A DNA stretch of 64,000 nucleotides from a virus (IMGVR_UViG_3300011008_000021:36765-100764); one strand, 5' to 3'; numbered from the stretch's first letter, positions 47,992 to 57,509 are shown. Notes: generated by a model from the letters alone, not told the origin. Numbers and translations: made by a program.

Positions 47992-50003
47992 TTCATTTCT
48001 TCGTCTGAATCATGTCTTCCATCAGAAACATCAACATATTTATAATATTTCTTTAGAATATTTTTTGCAAGTTCTTTTTCTTCCTTGTAGAAAGTTTTTA
48101 CTGAACCTTCTTTAGAAAAATCATTAGTAAGTTTTTTTAAGATTGAAGTTATTTCGTTTTCTGAATATGAATCTTCATCTAATGATTCATTCATTAATTT
48201 CTTAATAAATCCTGGAGTATATCTATGATCGCCTCCAAGTTTAACATTGTAGGCCATTGTTAGATCTTCAGCTAATCTGTTAAGATCACCTCTAATGTAA
48301 CCTTTTCCAGAAATAGAGCCACCGACAGTATATTTACCGTTAAATCCTTCTGCTTCAACAGGTACATATCCATTAAATCTAACATATGTTGGAGAATCTT
48401 GAGATGCTCCTGATTTTCCACCAACAGCTTTAAATGCATTATTAACTCTTTGAAGAACCATCGCATCATCACAATTATCATCTTTTTGAACATCGTCAAG
48501 TAAGATATGTGTTAATTCTTCAAATTTTTCTTTACATTGTTTTTCAATGTCAGTTAATTCTTCTGTCATCATATTATTATTCCTTGCAGCCTTATTCACT
48601 CTATGTTGATGAATCGCATCCAGTATACCACCAACAGCTTTTCCAACTTGTCCACCCACAGTAGCACCAGCAACTTCTCCAAAAGGTGTAGGTTCAAGTA
48701 GACCGAGAGCTGTACCTGCTGCTGTACCTACTCCACCTAATGTATCTGCATAAGATTCAGTCATTAAATCTATCTGTTGAGTTGCATCAGTGTCTGTTGA
48801 GTAAGATCCTATACACTTACCATCTTTATAAACATAAACAGGATCTCCATCAACTATAATGAAACCTTTATATTCAAATGATCCATTATCTTCTTTTAAG
48901 AGAGATTTATCTAAAGATTCAAATGGTAGTGGTTCATCAAATATATCATCTGGGTATTTATTAAATTTACTTACTTTACCCATTTGCCAATCATCATACA
49001 TTTGAGATTCAATCAAATCATCAATATATTTTTTTGCATCATCAATTGAAGTAAATCCATCTGATTCAACTTCTCCGAATTCATCAAATACTGTTAAAAA
49101 TTCGTCAGAAGATTTATTTTGTTTTATCTTATAATTCCTATACTCTATCGGTTTTGTAAAAACAGTTCCATCAGGAAATATTAAGGATTCTTTAACTGTT
49201 GATCCGTAAAGTTGATTATAAGCATCTTCTCCCCACTGAGCTCTAACTTCATCCTTAGTTAAAATATTAGTACCAAATTCTTTGTTTGTAAGATTATTAG
49301 CATTCATTATATCTTCAATCATATTATGATATGATTTTCCAGATTTATATAGAACACTCATTTGAGAAAGAAGAGTATCTGCATTCATCTTAGAAGCTAA
49401 CCATTTAAAGGCATCATCTTCTTTGCCAGTTCTAAGATAAAATTTTTCGTTAATTATCTTTTCTTTATTAACTGATTCATCCATCAAATCATCTTCAAAT
49501 CCATTATAAGAATCAAACCATTCTCTTGCTTCTTCTTCTGTTTCAAATTCAGCATCAAAATCAGCATTATCTGGATTATACAGATCTTTATCTCCAAAAA
49601 TACAAATATACTCACCTAGATCATTATCATAGTATAAGGTGTAGTCTGTTTGGAATCCATCTGAATCAAGAACCATCTTATGATCTAATTCTTCATAAGC
49701 TGGACCATCTGTGTGTGCAAATCTTTTATAATCATCTAAATCAAATGGTTTTCCATTTTGAATAGCATCGATAAGTTCATCGTCTGTTAAATATTCATTT
49801 AAAGATTCACTAACCATTTGATTTAAAGAAGCACTAATTACCTTAGGATCATTAGTATCACGGACTATCTTTGATAGTTCCATTTTTTCCTGTGGAGTTA
49901 ATTTAGGTTCAACAGATTCGTATAATGATCTTAAATCATAAAATTTTCGATTATTGTCAATACAATAATGATCTATTTTATTTAAACTTTCTCTTAAATC
50001 CAT
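47961..50003 (-). CDS. Modular acidic protein (putative processed internal head polyprotein)
   Basis: About nine xES/LxE junctions separating small domains, including a glycine zipper. Confidence 0.6.
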   Translation of the reverse strand: MDLRESLNKIDHYCIDNNRKFYDLRSLYESVEPKLTPQEKMELSKIVRDTNDPKVISASLNQMVSESLNEYLTDDELIDAIQNGKPFDLDDYKRFAHTDGPAYEELDHKMVLDSDGFQTDYTLYYDNDLGEYICIFGDKDLYNPDNADFDAEFETEEEAREWFDSYNGFEDDLMDESVNKEKIINEKFYLRTGKEDDAFKWLASKMNADTLLSQMSVLYKSGKSYHNMIEDIMNANNLTNKEFGTNILTKDEVRAQWGEDAYNQLYGSTVKESLIFPDGTVFTKPIEYRNYKIKQNKSSDEFLTVFDEFGEVESDGFTSIDDAKKYIDDLIESQMYDDWQMGKVSKFNKYPDDIFDEPLPFESLDKSLLKEDNGSFEYKGFIIVDGDPVYVYKDGKCIGSYSTDTDATQQIDLMTESYADTLGGVGTAAGTALGLLEPTPFGEVAGATVGGQVGKAVGGILDAIHQHRVNKAARNNNMMTEELTDIEKQCKEKFEELTHILLDDVQKDDNCDDAMVLQRVNNAFKAVGGKSGASQDSPTYVRFNGYVPVEAEGFNGKYTVGGSISGKGYIRGDLNRLAEDLTMAYNVKLGGDHRYTPGFIKKLMNESLDEDSYSENEITSILKKLTNDFSKEGSVKTFYKEEKELAKNILKKYYKYVDVSDGRHDSDEEMNWVISFSGVK

Positions 50004-50008
50004 TTATA

Positions 50009-51727
50009 TTATACCTCATCGTAATAATGGTCGATAAAGTCTACATACTGCTGACCATCATCCTCAGATTTGAAATAAAGTCTGGGTGAAGTCATTGAAC
50101 TTGCATCCTCAAATATAAACTCTATACCATTTACCACGAATTTCTTAGCTCTTATGTTTTTTGTTTTTATATCTTGTAACTCAATTAGATCTTCAATTTC
50201 ATAAGTTCTTGGATCGTATTGAAAATCTTCGTCTATCAACACATAAATATCATTTCTGTTAGAATTTAATGACTTTTCAACTTTTGAATTAAATCGTTCT
50301 TCTTCGTTAATAAAAGAATCATCGTCAAACCATCCTGTAAAACCTGATATTTCAGACAAAGGTGTAAACCAGGCTTCCATTAAAGACTCTGATATATTAT
50401 TAATCTTACAATTTTTTAAAATTGTTTGTTTCGTTGTTGATTCTTTTAACGATTCATTAATTCTAAGATAATTATTTGCATACAGCATATTCTGAATTGA
50501 GCGTTCGCTTCCAATTCGGACCTCATCTCCAATTCTGTATTGAATTCTACCATCTTTAGTTGGCTCAACAATAGTTATAACTACTCCATTTCTATTTTTA
50601 AATCTATCACCCGTATTTAATTTTCCAATTGAATTAACGGAATCAAAATCTGCTAATGGATCGTAATCTTCATTATATCCATTTGCATACATGGCGCGAG
50701 TTTGTTTGGTGGCAGCTTTCTTAGTCTTGAATCTTCCGTGCTTTCCTTCAGAACCTTTATTAGACCAAGTACTGTCTGAATTTTTTACAACATCCTCATT
50801 AAGTCTTGGAGATATTTCACTTGACCAATCAGAATACCATTTCATCGATTTTTCAGGATCTTCTGGTTCTTCTACATCTCCTATACGTACCATATAATCA
50901 ATAACTTCATCTACATCAGGATTATATCCTAAATCATTTCTAAAATGATTTATTGCATTATCTACTTCAGGTAATGAATATCTTTCATACAATGATTTAT
51001 TAGATAAATATTTTAATAAATCATTACCATATACTTTGAGTTGCTCATCGTCGATAGGTTTGATATAGGAATAGATATTCTCAGCTACTTCAACTAAATC
51101 ATCAATTCCTGTTTCTACACCGTCTTTCAAATCAACCCAACCATCACTGATCCAATTATTAGGATGTTTATAACCTTCTTCCCAAAGATAATTTATGATA
51201 TCAATTATCAGCTTTTTTAGAGGATTGAATCTAGAAGCTTCTGTTAAAGATTCTGCTTTATAATTTCTCGGTTTCCACCCATACGGAAAATTATTATCAA
51301 CAATCTTACATAAGTCTCTAAGTTTAATTAAATAAAAATCATTCTTACCATATCCAGTAGGACTTATTGATTGAATTAAAATCTTACATTTATCAACTAA
51401 CGGTCGGTACTTTTTATAAAAATTTCTTTGAAGATCATACATTAAATCTGGATCATCTTCTTGTTGTACATCTTTGTATTCTTTAATGAACGTATCAACC
51501 ATATCTTTAAATGATTTATAATCAATCTTTTCTGGATCTGAATCTAAGAATTCATAATCTTCCATTAAGCCGTTAGCACCATCGGCAACAGAATTGTTAA
51601 ATTTGTCAATAGCTAATGGAATATTTCCACCATCAAGTGAATAAAATGGACTTAATCCTCTTTGTCGTTTTCTATGATATTTTGCTCTTTTCTCGAGTTC
51701 ATTGTCTTCTACTAATCTAAATTTCAT
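50009..51727 (-). CDS. Modular acidic protein (putative processed internal head polyprotein)
   Basis: MKFRLVED start; LMED, ESLTEA, LNED, INESLKES, ESLMEA junctions. Confidence 0.6.
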   Translation of the reverse strand: MKFRLVEDNELEKRAKYHRKRQRGLSPFYSLDGGNIPLAIDKFNNSVADGANGLMEDYEFLDSDPEKIDYKSFKDMVDTFIKEYKDVQQEDDPDLMYDLQRNFYKKYRPLVDKCKILIQSISPTGYGKNDFYLIKLRDLCKIVDNNFPYGWKPRNYKAESLTEASRFNPLKKLIIDIINYLWEEGYKHPNNWISDGWVDLKDGVETGIDDLVEVAENIYSYIKPIDDEQLKVYGNDLLKYLSNKSLYERYSLPEVDNAINHFRNDLGYNPDVDEVIDYMVRIGDVEEPEDPEKSMKWYSDWSSEISPRLNEDVVKNSDSTWSNKGSEGKHGRFKTKKAATKQTRAMYANGYNEDYDPLADFDSVNSIGKLNTGDRFKNRNGVVITIVEPTKDGRIQYRIGDEVRIGSERSIQNMLYANNYLRINESLKESTTKQTILKNCKINNISESLMEAWFTPLSEISGFTGWFDDDSFINEEERFNSKVEKSLNSNRNDIYVLIDEDFQYDPRTYEIEDLIELQDIKTKNIRAKKFVVNGIEFIFEDASSMTSPRLYFKSEDDGQQYVDFIDHYYDEV

Positions 51728-51739
51728 ACCTAAATTCCT

Positions 51740-52147
51740 TTAAAAGAAATCACTTCTACTTACTCCATAATAAGCATATGGATCTTTCTGATATTCTTTC
51801 CAATCTCGATATTCATCATAAGCCTCATCCTCGAAATAATCCATAAGAACATCATTATAAATATCAGAATCAATTAAGTCATCAATAACTTCATTAACAA
51901 GATCTTCTTTATCTTCTTCTGACATATTATCTATACATTCAGCAGTACCATCGAAGTTATAATCTTTTAGAACTTCTTTTGAATTTTCTGTTTCATGTGG
52001 ATAAATATATTGAAGATAATCATATAAGATTTCATCATTTGAAAGAGTTCTTCTTATAAACTCAACAGCTTCGTTATCGTCAGCCTGTTCAAAATCGAAA
52101 TCTTCTCCATTAAAAGTATATACTAATTTCATACAGAAACTCCTCAC
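51740..52147 (-). CDS. Highly acidic hypothetical protein
   Basis: D/E-rich, ends DPYAYYGVSRSDFF; probable start MKLVY behind GAGGAG. Confidence 0.6.
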   Translation of the reverse strand: MRSFCMKLVYTFNGEDFDFEQADDNEAVEFIRRTLSNDEILYDYLQYIYPHETENSKEVLKDYNFDGTAECIDNMSEEDKEDLVNEVIDDLIDSDIYNDVLMDYFEDEAYDEYRDWKEYQKDPYAYYGVSRSDFF

Positions 52148-52288
52148 ATATAGAGTCTAAAATAATTTTTTATATATTTATAATACAATAAATTTAGCAA
52201 AAAATCAATTGAGATTATTTAATTTTTTAATTTTTTACAAAATAAAAAAAGTACAAGCATTTCTGTTTGTACTTATGAATTATATCTT

Positions 52289-52471
52289 TTAAGATAATTG
52301 AATTCTTATTACTTTAACATTTTCATCTAATGGATAATTTTTTCTTATATATTTGTTGATCTCGACTTCTGGTTCAGTTGATTTAAAGAATGACTGTCTG
52401 TTCTTATTTCTTACAGCAATGAGTCCTGTATTTTTATCTACATTTACAAATACTATAGAATTATAAAACAT
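52289..52471 (-). CDS. Hypothetical protein
   Basis: 60-aa ORF with AAAGGA upstream. Confidence 0.45.
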   Translation of the reverse strand: MFYNSIVFVNVDKNTGLIAVRNKNRQSFFKSTEPEVEINKYIRKNYPLDENVKVIRIQLS

Positions 52472-52492
52472 CCTATACCATCCTTTCTCTTG

Positions 52493-52969
52493 TTAACCAA
52501 TTGAAATTACATTATCAAGATTTACTTTATAAAATTCTTTTGTTGAAGGACAATCCTTCTTGTTTAAATAGGATTTAAGGATATAATCTTCAACAGTGGT
52601 AAGATCTTTTACTGTTCTTGTTCCTTTGCCTTCCTCTTTAATAATAAAGATTGATTTAGATTTATTAGGGGAGTTATAAACATTAAGATAGAACTTATCT
52701 GTATTAGTATTATATTCGATAATGTCTTTAAGAATCCATTTCTTGTTAGAAGTCTTCTTTTTTGTATCTTCAGTAGATTTTTCTTTATTTTTTACTGAAG
52801 CAAGATTTCCATAATTGATACCAAACCTTGCAGTTGCGTTTGAGTATTTAGTAATTCTAATCTTATCCTTAAACTCTGCTTTTACAGGAATCTCAGTACA
52901 ATAAACAAGATTTGTATAGGTGCCCTTCTTGATGTCGTTAAACTTTCTAATTGCTTCAGTAAGATTCAT
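52493..52969 (-). CDS. Hypothetical basic protein
   Basis: 158 aa, AAAGGA RBS, sigmaA promoter upstream. Confidence 0.65.
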   Translation of the reverse strand: MNLTEAIRKFNDIKKGTYTNLVYCTEIPVKAEFKDKIRITKYSNATARFGINYGNLASVKNKEKSTEDTKKKTSNKKWILKDIIEYNTNTDKFYLNVYNSPNKSKSIFIIKEEGKGTRTVKDLTTVEDYILKSYLNKKDCPSTKEFYKVNLDNVISIG

Positions 52970-53008
52970 AAACTCGTCCTTTCTTAAAAACTATTATTTA
53001 CATTATAT

Positions 53009-53037
53009 ATTTTAACATAAATATATTATTCTGTCAA
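53009..53037 (-). promoter_or_regulatory. SigmaA-type promoter
   Basis: TTGACA-17-TAAAAT with TG extension. Confidence 0.65.
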
Positions 53038-53478
53038 TACTGATTTCAAATTTTCTTTAAAGAAATCATCTGTAAAAGATTTTGCAATAATATTACTAAT
53101 ATTATGACTAATAATCTTTTCAATTCTCTTTTTTATTTCTAAATTAATATCTTCCTTATATTTTAGAATAATTTCCTCAATACAATCATTAATTAAATTG
53201 TTTTTATTTAGATCTTCTACGGACTGTTTAATATATTTTTCAACACTTTCAATTATGAGTTCGTCCATCCGAGTAATGGTACCGAATCTATTTACGTAGT
53301 TCTTCTGTTTAACAACTATTTCTAAAATTCTTTCAACTTCTTTAGATATTAGATTATTAAAGGTTTGATCAATTTCATTTCTTACCTGCTCTTTAATTTT
53401 AGATTTAATAAGATCAGTGACTTCTTTTTCAAATAAATCTTTCTCGTCAAACTGTACATCTAATTTAATTCTTCGCAT
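53026..53478 (-). CDS. Hypothetical helical protein
   Basis: 150 aa, GGAGG RBS. Confidence 0.6.
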   Translation of the reverse strand: MRRIKLDVQFDEKDLFEKEVTDLIKSKIKEQVRNEIDQTFNNLISKEVERILEIVVKQKNYVNRFGTITRMDELIIESVEKYIKQSVEDLNKNNLINDCIEEIILKYKEDINLEIKKRIEKIISHNISNIIAKSFTDDFFKENLKSVLTE

Positions 53479-53505
53479 CTAAACTACCTCCATTTGATAT
53501 ATATT

Positions 53506-53534
53506 AGTATAACATATCTCAATAAAAAGGTCAA
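53506..53534 (-). promoter_or_regulatory. SigmaA-type promoter
   Basis: TTGACC-17-TATACT with TG extension. Confidence 0.65.
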
Positions 53535-53581
53535 TAAAAAACACTCTTTTTACAAGAGTGTTTAATAAAAGATGTACCATA

Positions 53582-53654
53582 TGATCCTTACCAGATTCGA
53601 ACTGAGTATTTCAACCTTGAAAGGGTTGCGACCTTACCATTAGTCGAAAGGACC
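53582..53654 (-). tRNA. tRNA-Glu (UUC)
   Basis: Cloverleaf; anticodon arm CAACC-CTTTCAA-GGTTG; one bulge in T stem; no encoded CCA. Confidence 0.85.
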
Positions 53655-53795
53655 TCTTAAACCCTTTTTTATTATGTAGAAAGTCTTTCACATGGTAAAC
53701 TACTTATTATTAAACCGGCTATCTACGGGTGGCCCATAAGGTGGACCAGCTATGAATTCCACATATATTAAGAAAGGAGGACCAACTATGTTTCA

Positions 53796-53884
53796 TCGGA
53801 GCTCCGGGACTCGAACCCGGATTAAACCTTGTTAGGGTCTACGGTTTATAAGACCGTGGCTTTCACCAGTTACGCTAAGCTCCG
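53796..53884 (-). tRNA. tRNA with UAU anticodon (Ile) and long variable arm
   Basis: Acceptor CGGAGCT/AGCTCCG; ACGGT-CTTATAA-ACCGT; V-arm AGACC/GGTTT; T arm CCGGG-TTCGAGT-CCCGG. Confidence 0.85.
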
Positions 53885-54120
53885 TATATAGATAATGTGA
53901 AAGACCTACCACATTATCTTTGGCTCATATTTATTTATATAGCGCACCAACTTGTTTTTATAAACAATAAACATATCTGTTTGGGTCTTAGCCATCCGTG
54001 CGCTTTATATTAGCTTAGTAATTTTACATTCACTTTATACTATGCTATCTAATGTGAAAAACCAGGAAATATATTCCCTTATGAATTTATATACCAAGTT
54101 CGGTTGATCGGTTCTACGTA

Positions 54121-54317
54121 TGTTGCGGGTAAGGATTTGCACCTTACATAGTTGGAGTTTTAGGATATTATTGCTCTCGATTACACTCTGCGTTACACCC
54201 GAAGGCTGATAATGATAACTGGTTATCCGCTGACTCAGAGTTATTTTACGAATTACGCACACTCAACCAACCTATAAGAAGCCTCACTCTAGCGTCTACC
54301 TATTCAGCCACCGCAAC
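54121..54317 (-). ncRNA. tRNA-Leu-like shell with ~125-nt insert in the anticodon loop
   Basis: Acceptor GTTGCGG/CCGCAAC-A; D arm TGGCTGAATAGGTAGACGC; T arm GTAAGG-TGCAAAT-CCTTAC. Confidence 0.7.
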
Positions 54318-54386
54318 CTTTAAAGTGAGTTTACAGCGAACACCAACCTAACTCACTTTTAAATAGTGTTCTTACTATTTATATTA

Positions 54387-55289
54387 TTATGCGGCAATCT
54401 CGCTATAAAAAGCATCTACAATGCCATGACCATTTGCGATCTTATTCCAACGACTTTCTTCGAAGTTCTGAGTAAGTCTTCCAGGAGCTGCGTGGTCAAT
54501 ATAGTCAGTTACTGCATTCAGTGCGCCCCAAGCAGTTCCTCTAAAATTTCTAAGATCTGTTGCTTCCAGAGCCTTAAACATACCTTCTTTAATATCTACA
54601 ATATTTCTGATTTTTCTTTCAGAATCTTTGTTCTGATCAATTGGAAATACTCTGTCAAACACTCTTTCAAACTGATCAGTTGTGAATGTTGTTTGTGCAA
54701 GTCTGTCAGCATCATTCGCAAGACCAATCATATAATTGTTTGCAAGACCGAGTGTATGTTTTGCTTCCTCAAGTTTCTGAGTAATATTACCCATATGTCT
54801 TGTAGACCAACTTCTGCTTGCATTCTTAAGAGCAAAATTAAGTGCATTACTGCAAGCAATTCTGATAGGAGTCATTGCAACTTTGATTGCACCTGTTCCA
54901 TCGTGACTATTGATAAATACTACATAAGGATCGAACTTGTCACCTAAAATGTCGGTGGACGGAAGTTTAGCTAAGAGCCATACAGCTCTTCCATGATGAA
55001 ATACACCAGCCTTCTCAAAAGTTACACCTCTCTGAGTAAGAGAATTAGTGAAATCAAAAGCATCAACATTCTGTACGATCTGGTATCTTCTTCCAACAAT
55101 TCCAAGAACTTCACCATCACTGGATCGTGTGTTTGCAAAATATCCATCAATTACATTTCCAGAAGAATTGTAAACAGGATTGCTTACAACATCCCAATCA
55201 AGTCCAGACATTGCAAGTGCTTCGTCTGCTGTAGTTGCTGTGGTTACATCGGTTCCAAGCTGATTCCAAGGAAGATTTCTGTTAAACAT
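54387..55289 (-). CDS. DUF932 (phage/plasmid TIGR03299-like) protein
   Basis: GLDWDV, Y.IVQN.DAF, NSHDG, TPIRIACSN, RH, GTAWGALNAVT. Confidence 0.85.
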   Translation of the reverse strand: MFNRNLPWNQLGTDVTTATTADEALAMSGLDWDVVSNPVYNSSGNVIDGYFANTRSSDGEVLGIVGRRYQIVQNVDAFDFTNSLTQRGVTFEKAGVFHHGRAVWLLAKLPSTDILGDKFDPYVVFINSHDGTGAIKVAMTPIRIACSNALNFALKNASRSWSTRHMGNITQKLEEAKHTLGLANNYMIGLANDADRLAQTTFTTDQFERVFDRVFPIDQNKDSERKIRNIVDIKEGMFKALEATDLRNFRGTAWGALNAVTDYIDHAAPGRLTQNFEESRWNKIANGHGIVDAFYSEIAA

Positions 55290-55334
55290 ATTTTTTGTCC
55301 TCTTTTCTTTTTTTAGTTAATTTTTACATTATTT

Positions 55335-55363
55335 AGTATAACACAACTTGAAATTAATGTCAA
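55335..55363 (-). promoter_or_regulatory. SigmaA-type promoter
   Basis: TTGACA-17-TATACT with TG extension. Confidence 0.75.
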
Positions 55364-55564
55364 CCGTTTTCCTGTAAAATAGAAATTTATTTATTCAACT
55401 CTTTATCTATATATCTTTTTAATTCTTTAATTGTAGTTTCGGTTTTCTTATAAATCTCAAGAATCTTATAAGAACTATCTAATATAAGATATTCAGTATT
55501 ATTTTCTTTAATAATATAATTATTATAGACTAAATTTCTTGTTATGTATTTCATTTAACTATTA

Positions 55565-55774
55565 TTACCATTCAAAATATACACCACAGGTATTACATCT
55601 AAACATTCCTTCTGAAACATTATGAGGATATCCCATGCAATTACAGATTGGACAAATATAACCTTCAGATCTCTTTTTGGCTCTAATTCTTACAATAGGT
55701 TCGCAGAAATTCTCGTCCTGCATATAAGATCCTGAAAGAGTAATCTTTGTTGTATTATACAATTTATTTCTCAA
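55565..55774 (-). CDS. Small zinc-ribbon protein
   Basis: CPIC...CNTC. Confidence 0.55.
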   Translation of the reverse strand: MRNKLYNTTKITLSGSYMQDENFCEPIVRIRAKKRSEGYICPICNCMGYPHNVSEGMFRCNTCGVYFEW

Positions 55775-55971
55775 ACTCTTTTAGCCTCACCTTTCTCATA
55801 CTTGAGTTTAATTTCTTCAATTGAAATCTTCGAGATTGATTCTAAATCATCAAGGTGAGGATACTCTACGTACCATTTTTCTTTAGGAGTATTTTGAGTT
55901 TCTGAAATAGTACAAGCCTCGGTATAATTTCTTGTAAAGAACTGACCTACCTTATAAAAAACAATAGTCAT
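55771..55971 (-). CDS. Hypothetical protein
   Basis: 66 aa, AAAGGTGG RBS. Confidence 0.5.
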   Translation of the reverse strand: MTIVFYKVGQFFTRNYTEACTISETQNTPKEKWYVEYPHLDDLESISKISIEEIKLKYEKGEAKRV

Positions 55972-56008
55972 ACAACTTCCACCTTTCTTAATTATATAAA
56001 GATTGAAT

Positions 56009-56266
56009 TTAATCCAATGCTAATACAATTTCTTTCGTATAAAGGAGCCAGTTAAAATACTCAACATAGAAATAAGCTGTTTGATATCCTTCGTGTGATG
56101 CTCTAATCGTATACCCATCACTCATTAACTCGATATTACATCTTACCAAATCACAGAATTCTTCTTTTCTGTTAAGCTGTCCAATAGGTAACAACTTAAT
56201 CAAGTAAGGTACATCAAAATTAATCTTATATTTTGAAACATAATCCACAGATTTTTTCTTACGCAT
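56009..56266 (-). CDS. Hypothetical protein
   Basis: 85 aa, AAAGGAG RBS. Confidence 0.55.
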   Translation of the reverse strand: MRKKKSVDYVSKYKINFDVPYLIKLLPIGQLNRKEEFCDLVRCNIELMSDGYTIRASHEGYQTAYFYVEYFNWLLYTKEIVLALD

Positions 56267-56289
56267 TACTTAACTCCTTTCTTTATTAT

Positions 56290-56318
56290 AGTATAATACA
56301 TATTTTAATTATTGTCAA
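56290..56318 (-). promoter_or_regulatory. SigmaA-type promoter
   Basis: TTGACA-17-TATACT. Confidence 0.7.
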
Positions 56319-56907
56319 GACTAAATTTATCTACTAGACATTCAGTATATAACTGATGAATTAAATTATAGCAGTCTTTCCAATTATCAACTCTATAGAT
56401 ATAAGGATACTCTGAAATATCTACATCGCGATTATAGAATGCTTTAAATAATATTCCTTTATAATTTCCATTTTTTAAATTTTCAATATAATCATCGACT
56501 AATACAAGTCCATTTAATAATTGTTTATTATGAATGGTTATAATCTGACTTTCATCAATAAAAGGAAAATAATGATTAATTACATATTTATATTTATCTG
56601 AAAGATACTGAATATGAGTTGCGGTACAAAGATACACTTTAAATTTTTCATCTATTAATTTCTTTATGTACTTCTGTGCTCCAGAAATTGGATGAACTAA
56701 TTGCCACAACTTAGGATCTTCCAAAGCACCATAAATATGCTGTTTAGGCAAAGTCGTAAATAACTTAGTCATGTCCCATTCTTTAGCATCGTTTGGATCT
56801 ACACACAAACGATATTTATCATTTAAATATATACACCATGCAGACAGCAAATCTTCAATAGTATCATCTACATCAATATAAATAATTCTATTATAATCAA
56901 TCATCAA
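56305..56907 (-). CDS. 5'(3')-deoxyribonucleotidase (HAD, NT5C-like)
   Basis: IDVDDT, LCTA, K..L...LVDD...N motifs. Confidence 0.85.
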   Translation of the reverse strand: MMIDYNRIIYIDVDDTIEDLLSAWCIYLNDKYRLCVDPNDAKEWDMTKLFTTLPKQHIYGALEDPKLWQLVHPISGAQKYIKKLIDEKFKVYLCTATHIQYLSDKYKYVINHYFPFIDESQIITIHNKQLLNGLVLVDDYIENLKNGNYKGILFKAFYNRDVDISEYPYIYRVDNWKDCYNLIHQLYTECLVDKFSLDNN

Positions 56908-57106
56908 TAATTATACCTCTGTCTAATTCATAAGTGAAATTATGACCAGGACACCAATTTGGTTTTACGGTTCTAAGTGACATTTTTAAATTGGGTCTAT
57001 AAGAACAAAGTAGAAATCCACAATTATCTAGATTTCCATATTTTGGATCAACTCTAACTCTAGATCCACAATTAATACATTTACGATCCTGTACTTCCAA
57101 ATCCAT
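56897..57106 (-). CDS. Small Cys-rich protein
   Basis: CINC...C...PNWCP. Confidence 0.45.
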   Translation of the reverse strand: MDLEVQDRKCINCGSRVRVDPKYGNLDNCGFLLCSYRPNLKMSLRTVKPNWCPGHNFTYELDRGIIIDD

Positions 57107-57509
57107 TAGATCCTCTTTCTGTTTCCTTGAAGCAATCTACTAATACTGGTTCCGGCGTTGCAATAGGAAGTATTACTAATTGAGAAATTTTATCACCCTT
57201 ATTAAATTTAAGAAAAGTTCCAGAAGATCCATCTCTATACAACTTAACTACAATCGATCCAGTATAGCCTGAATCTATTACTCCTTCAGATCTAATGCTT
57301 GCTTTTACATTTAGTCCACTTTTACTTTTTATCATTCCAACATATCCATCTGGAATTTCAACATGTACACCAGTATCAATAATTATTTCACAATTACTAC
57401 CAAGTGTAAAATCAATTGGAGTATACAAATCTAGACCAGCATCGGACTTATGAGCTCTTGTTGGGATATAAGCACCATCATCAAGCATTACATTAATCTT
57501 ATCAAACAT
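57081..57509 (-). CDS. dut: Trimeric dUTPase
   Basis: DAGLDL, KSGL, GVIDSGYTG, ISQLV, RGSNGFGSTG. Confidence 0.95.
   Translation of the reverse strand: MFDKINVMLDDGAYIPTRAHKSDAGLDLYTPIDFTLGSNCEIIIDTGVHVEIPDGYVGMIKSKSGLNVKASIRSEGVIDSGYTGSIVVKLYRDGSSGTFLKFNKGDKISQLVILPIATPEPVLVDCFKETERGSNGFGSTGS

Noticed and set aside
54035-54262. 75-aa minus-strand ORF
   Set aside because: Starts inside the tRNA-like RNA and runs through its T arm and acceptor; no RBS or motif.
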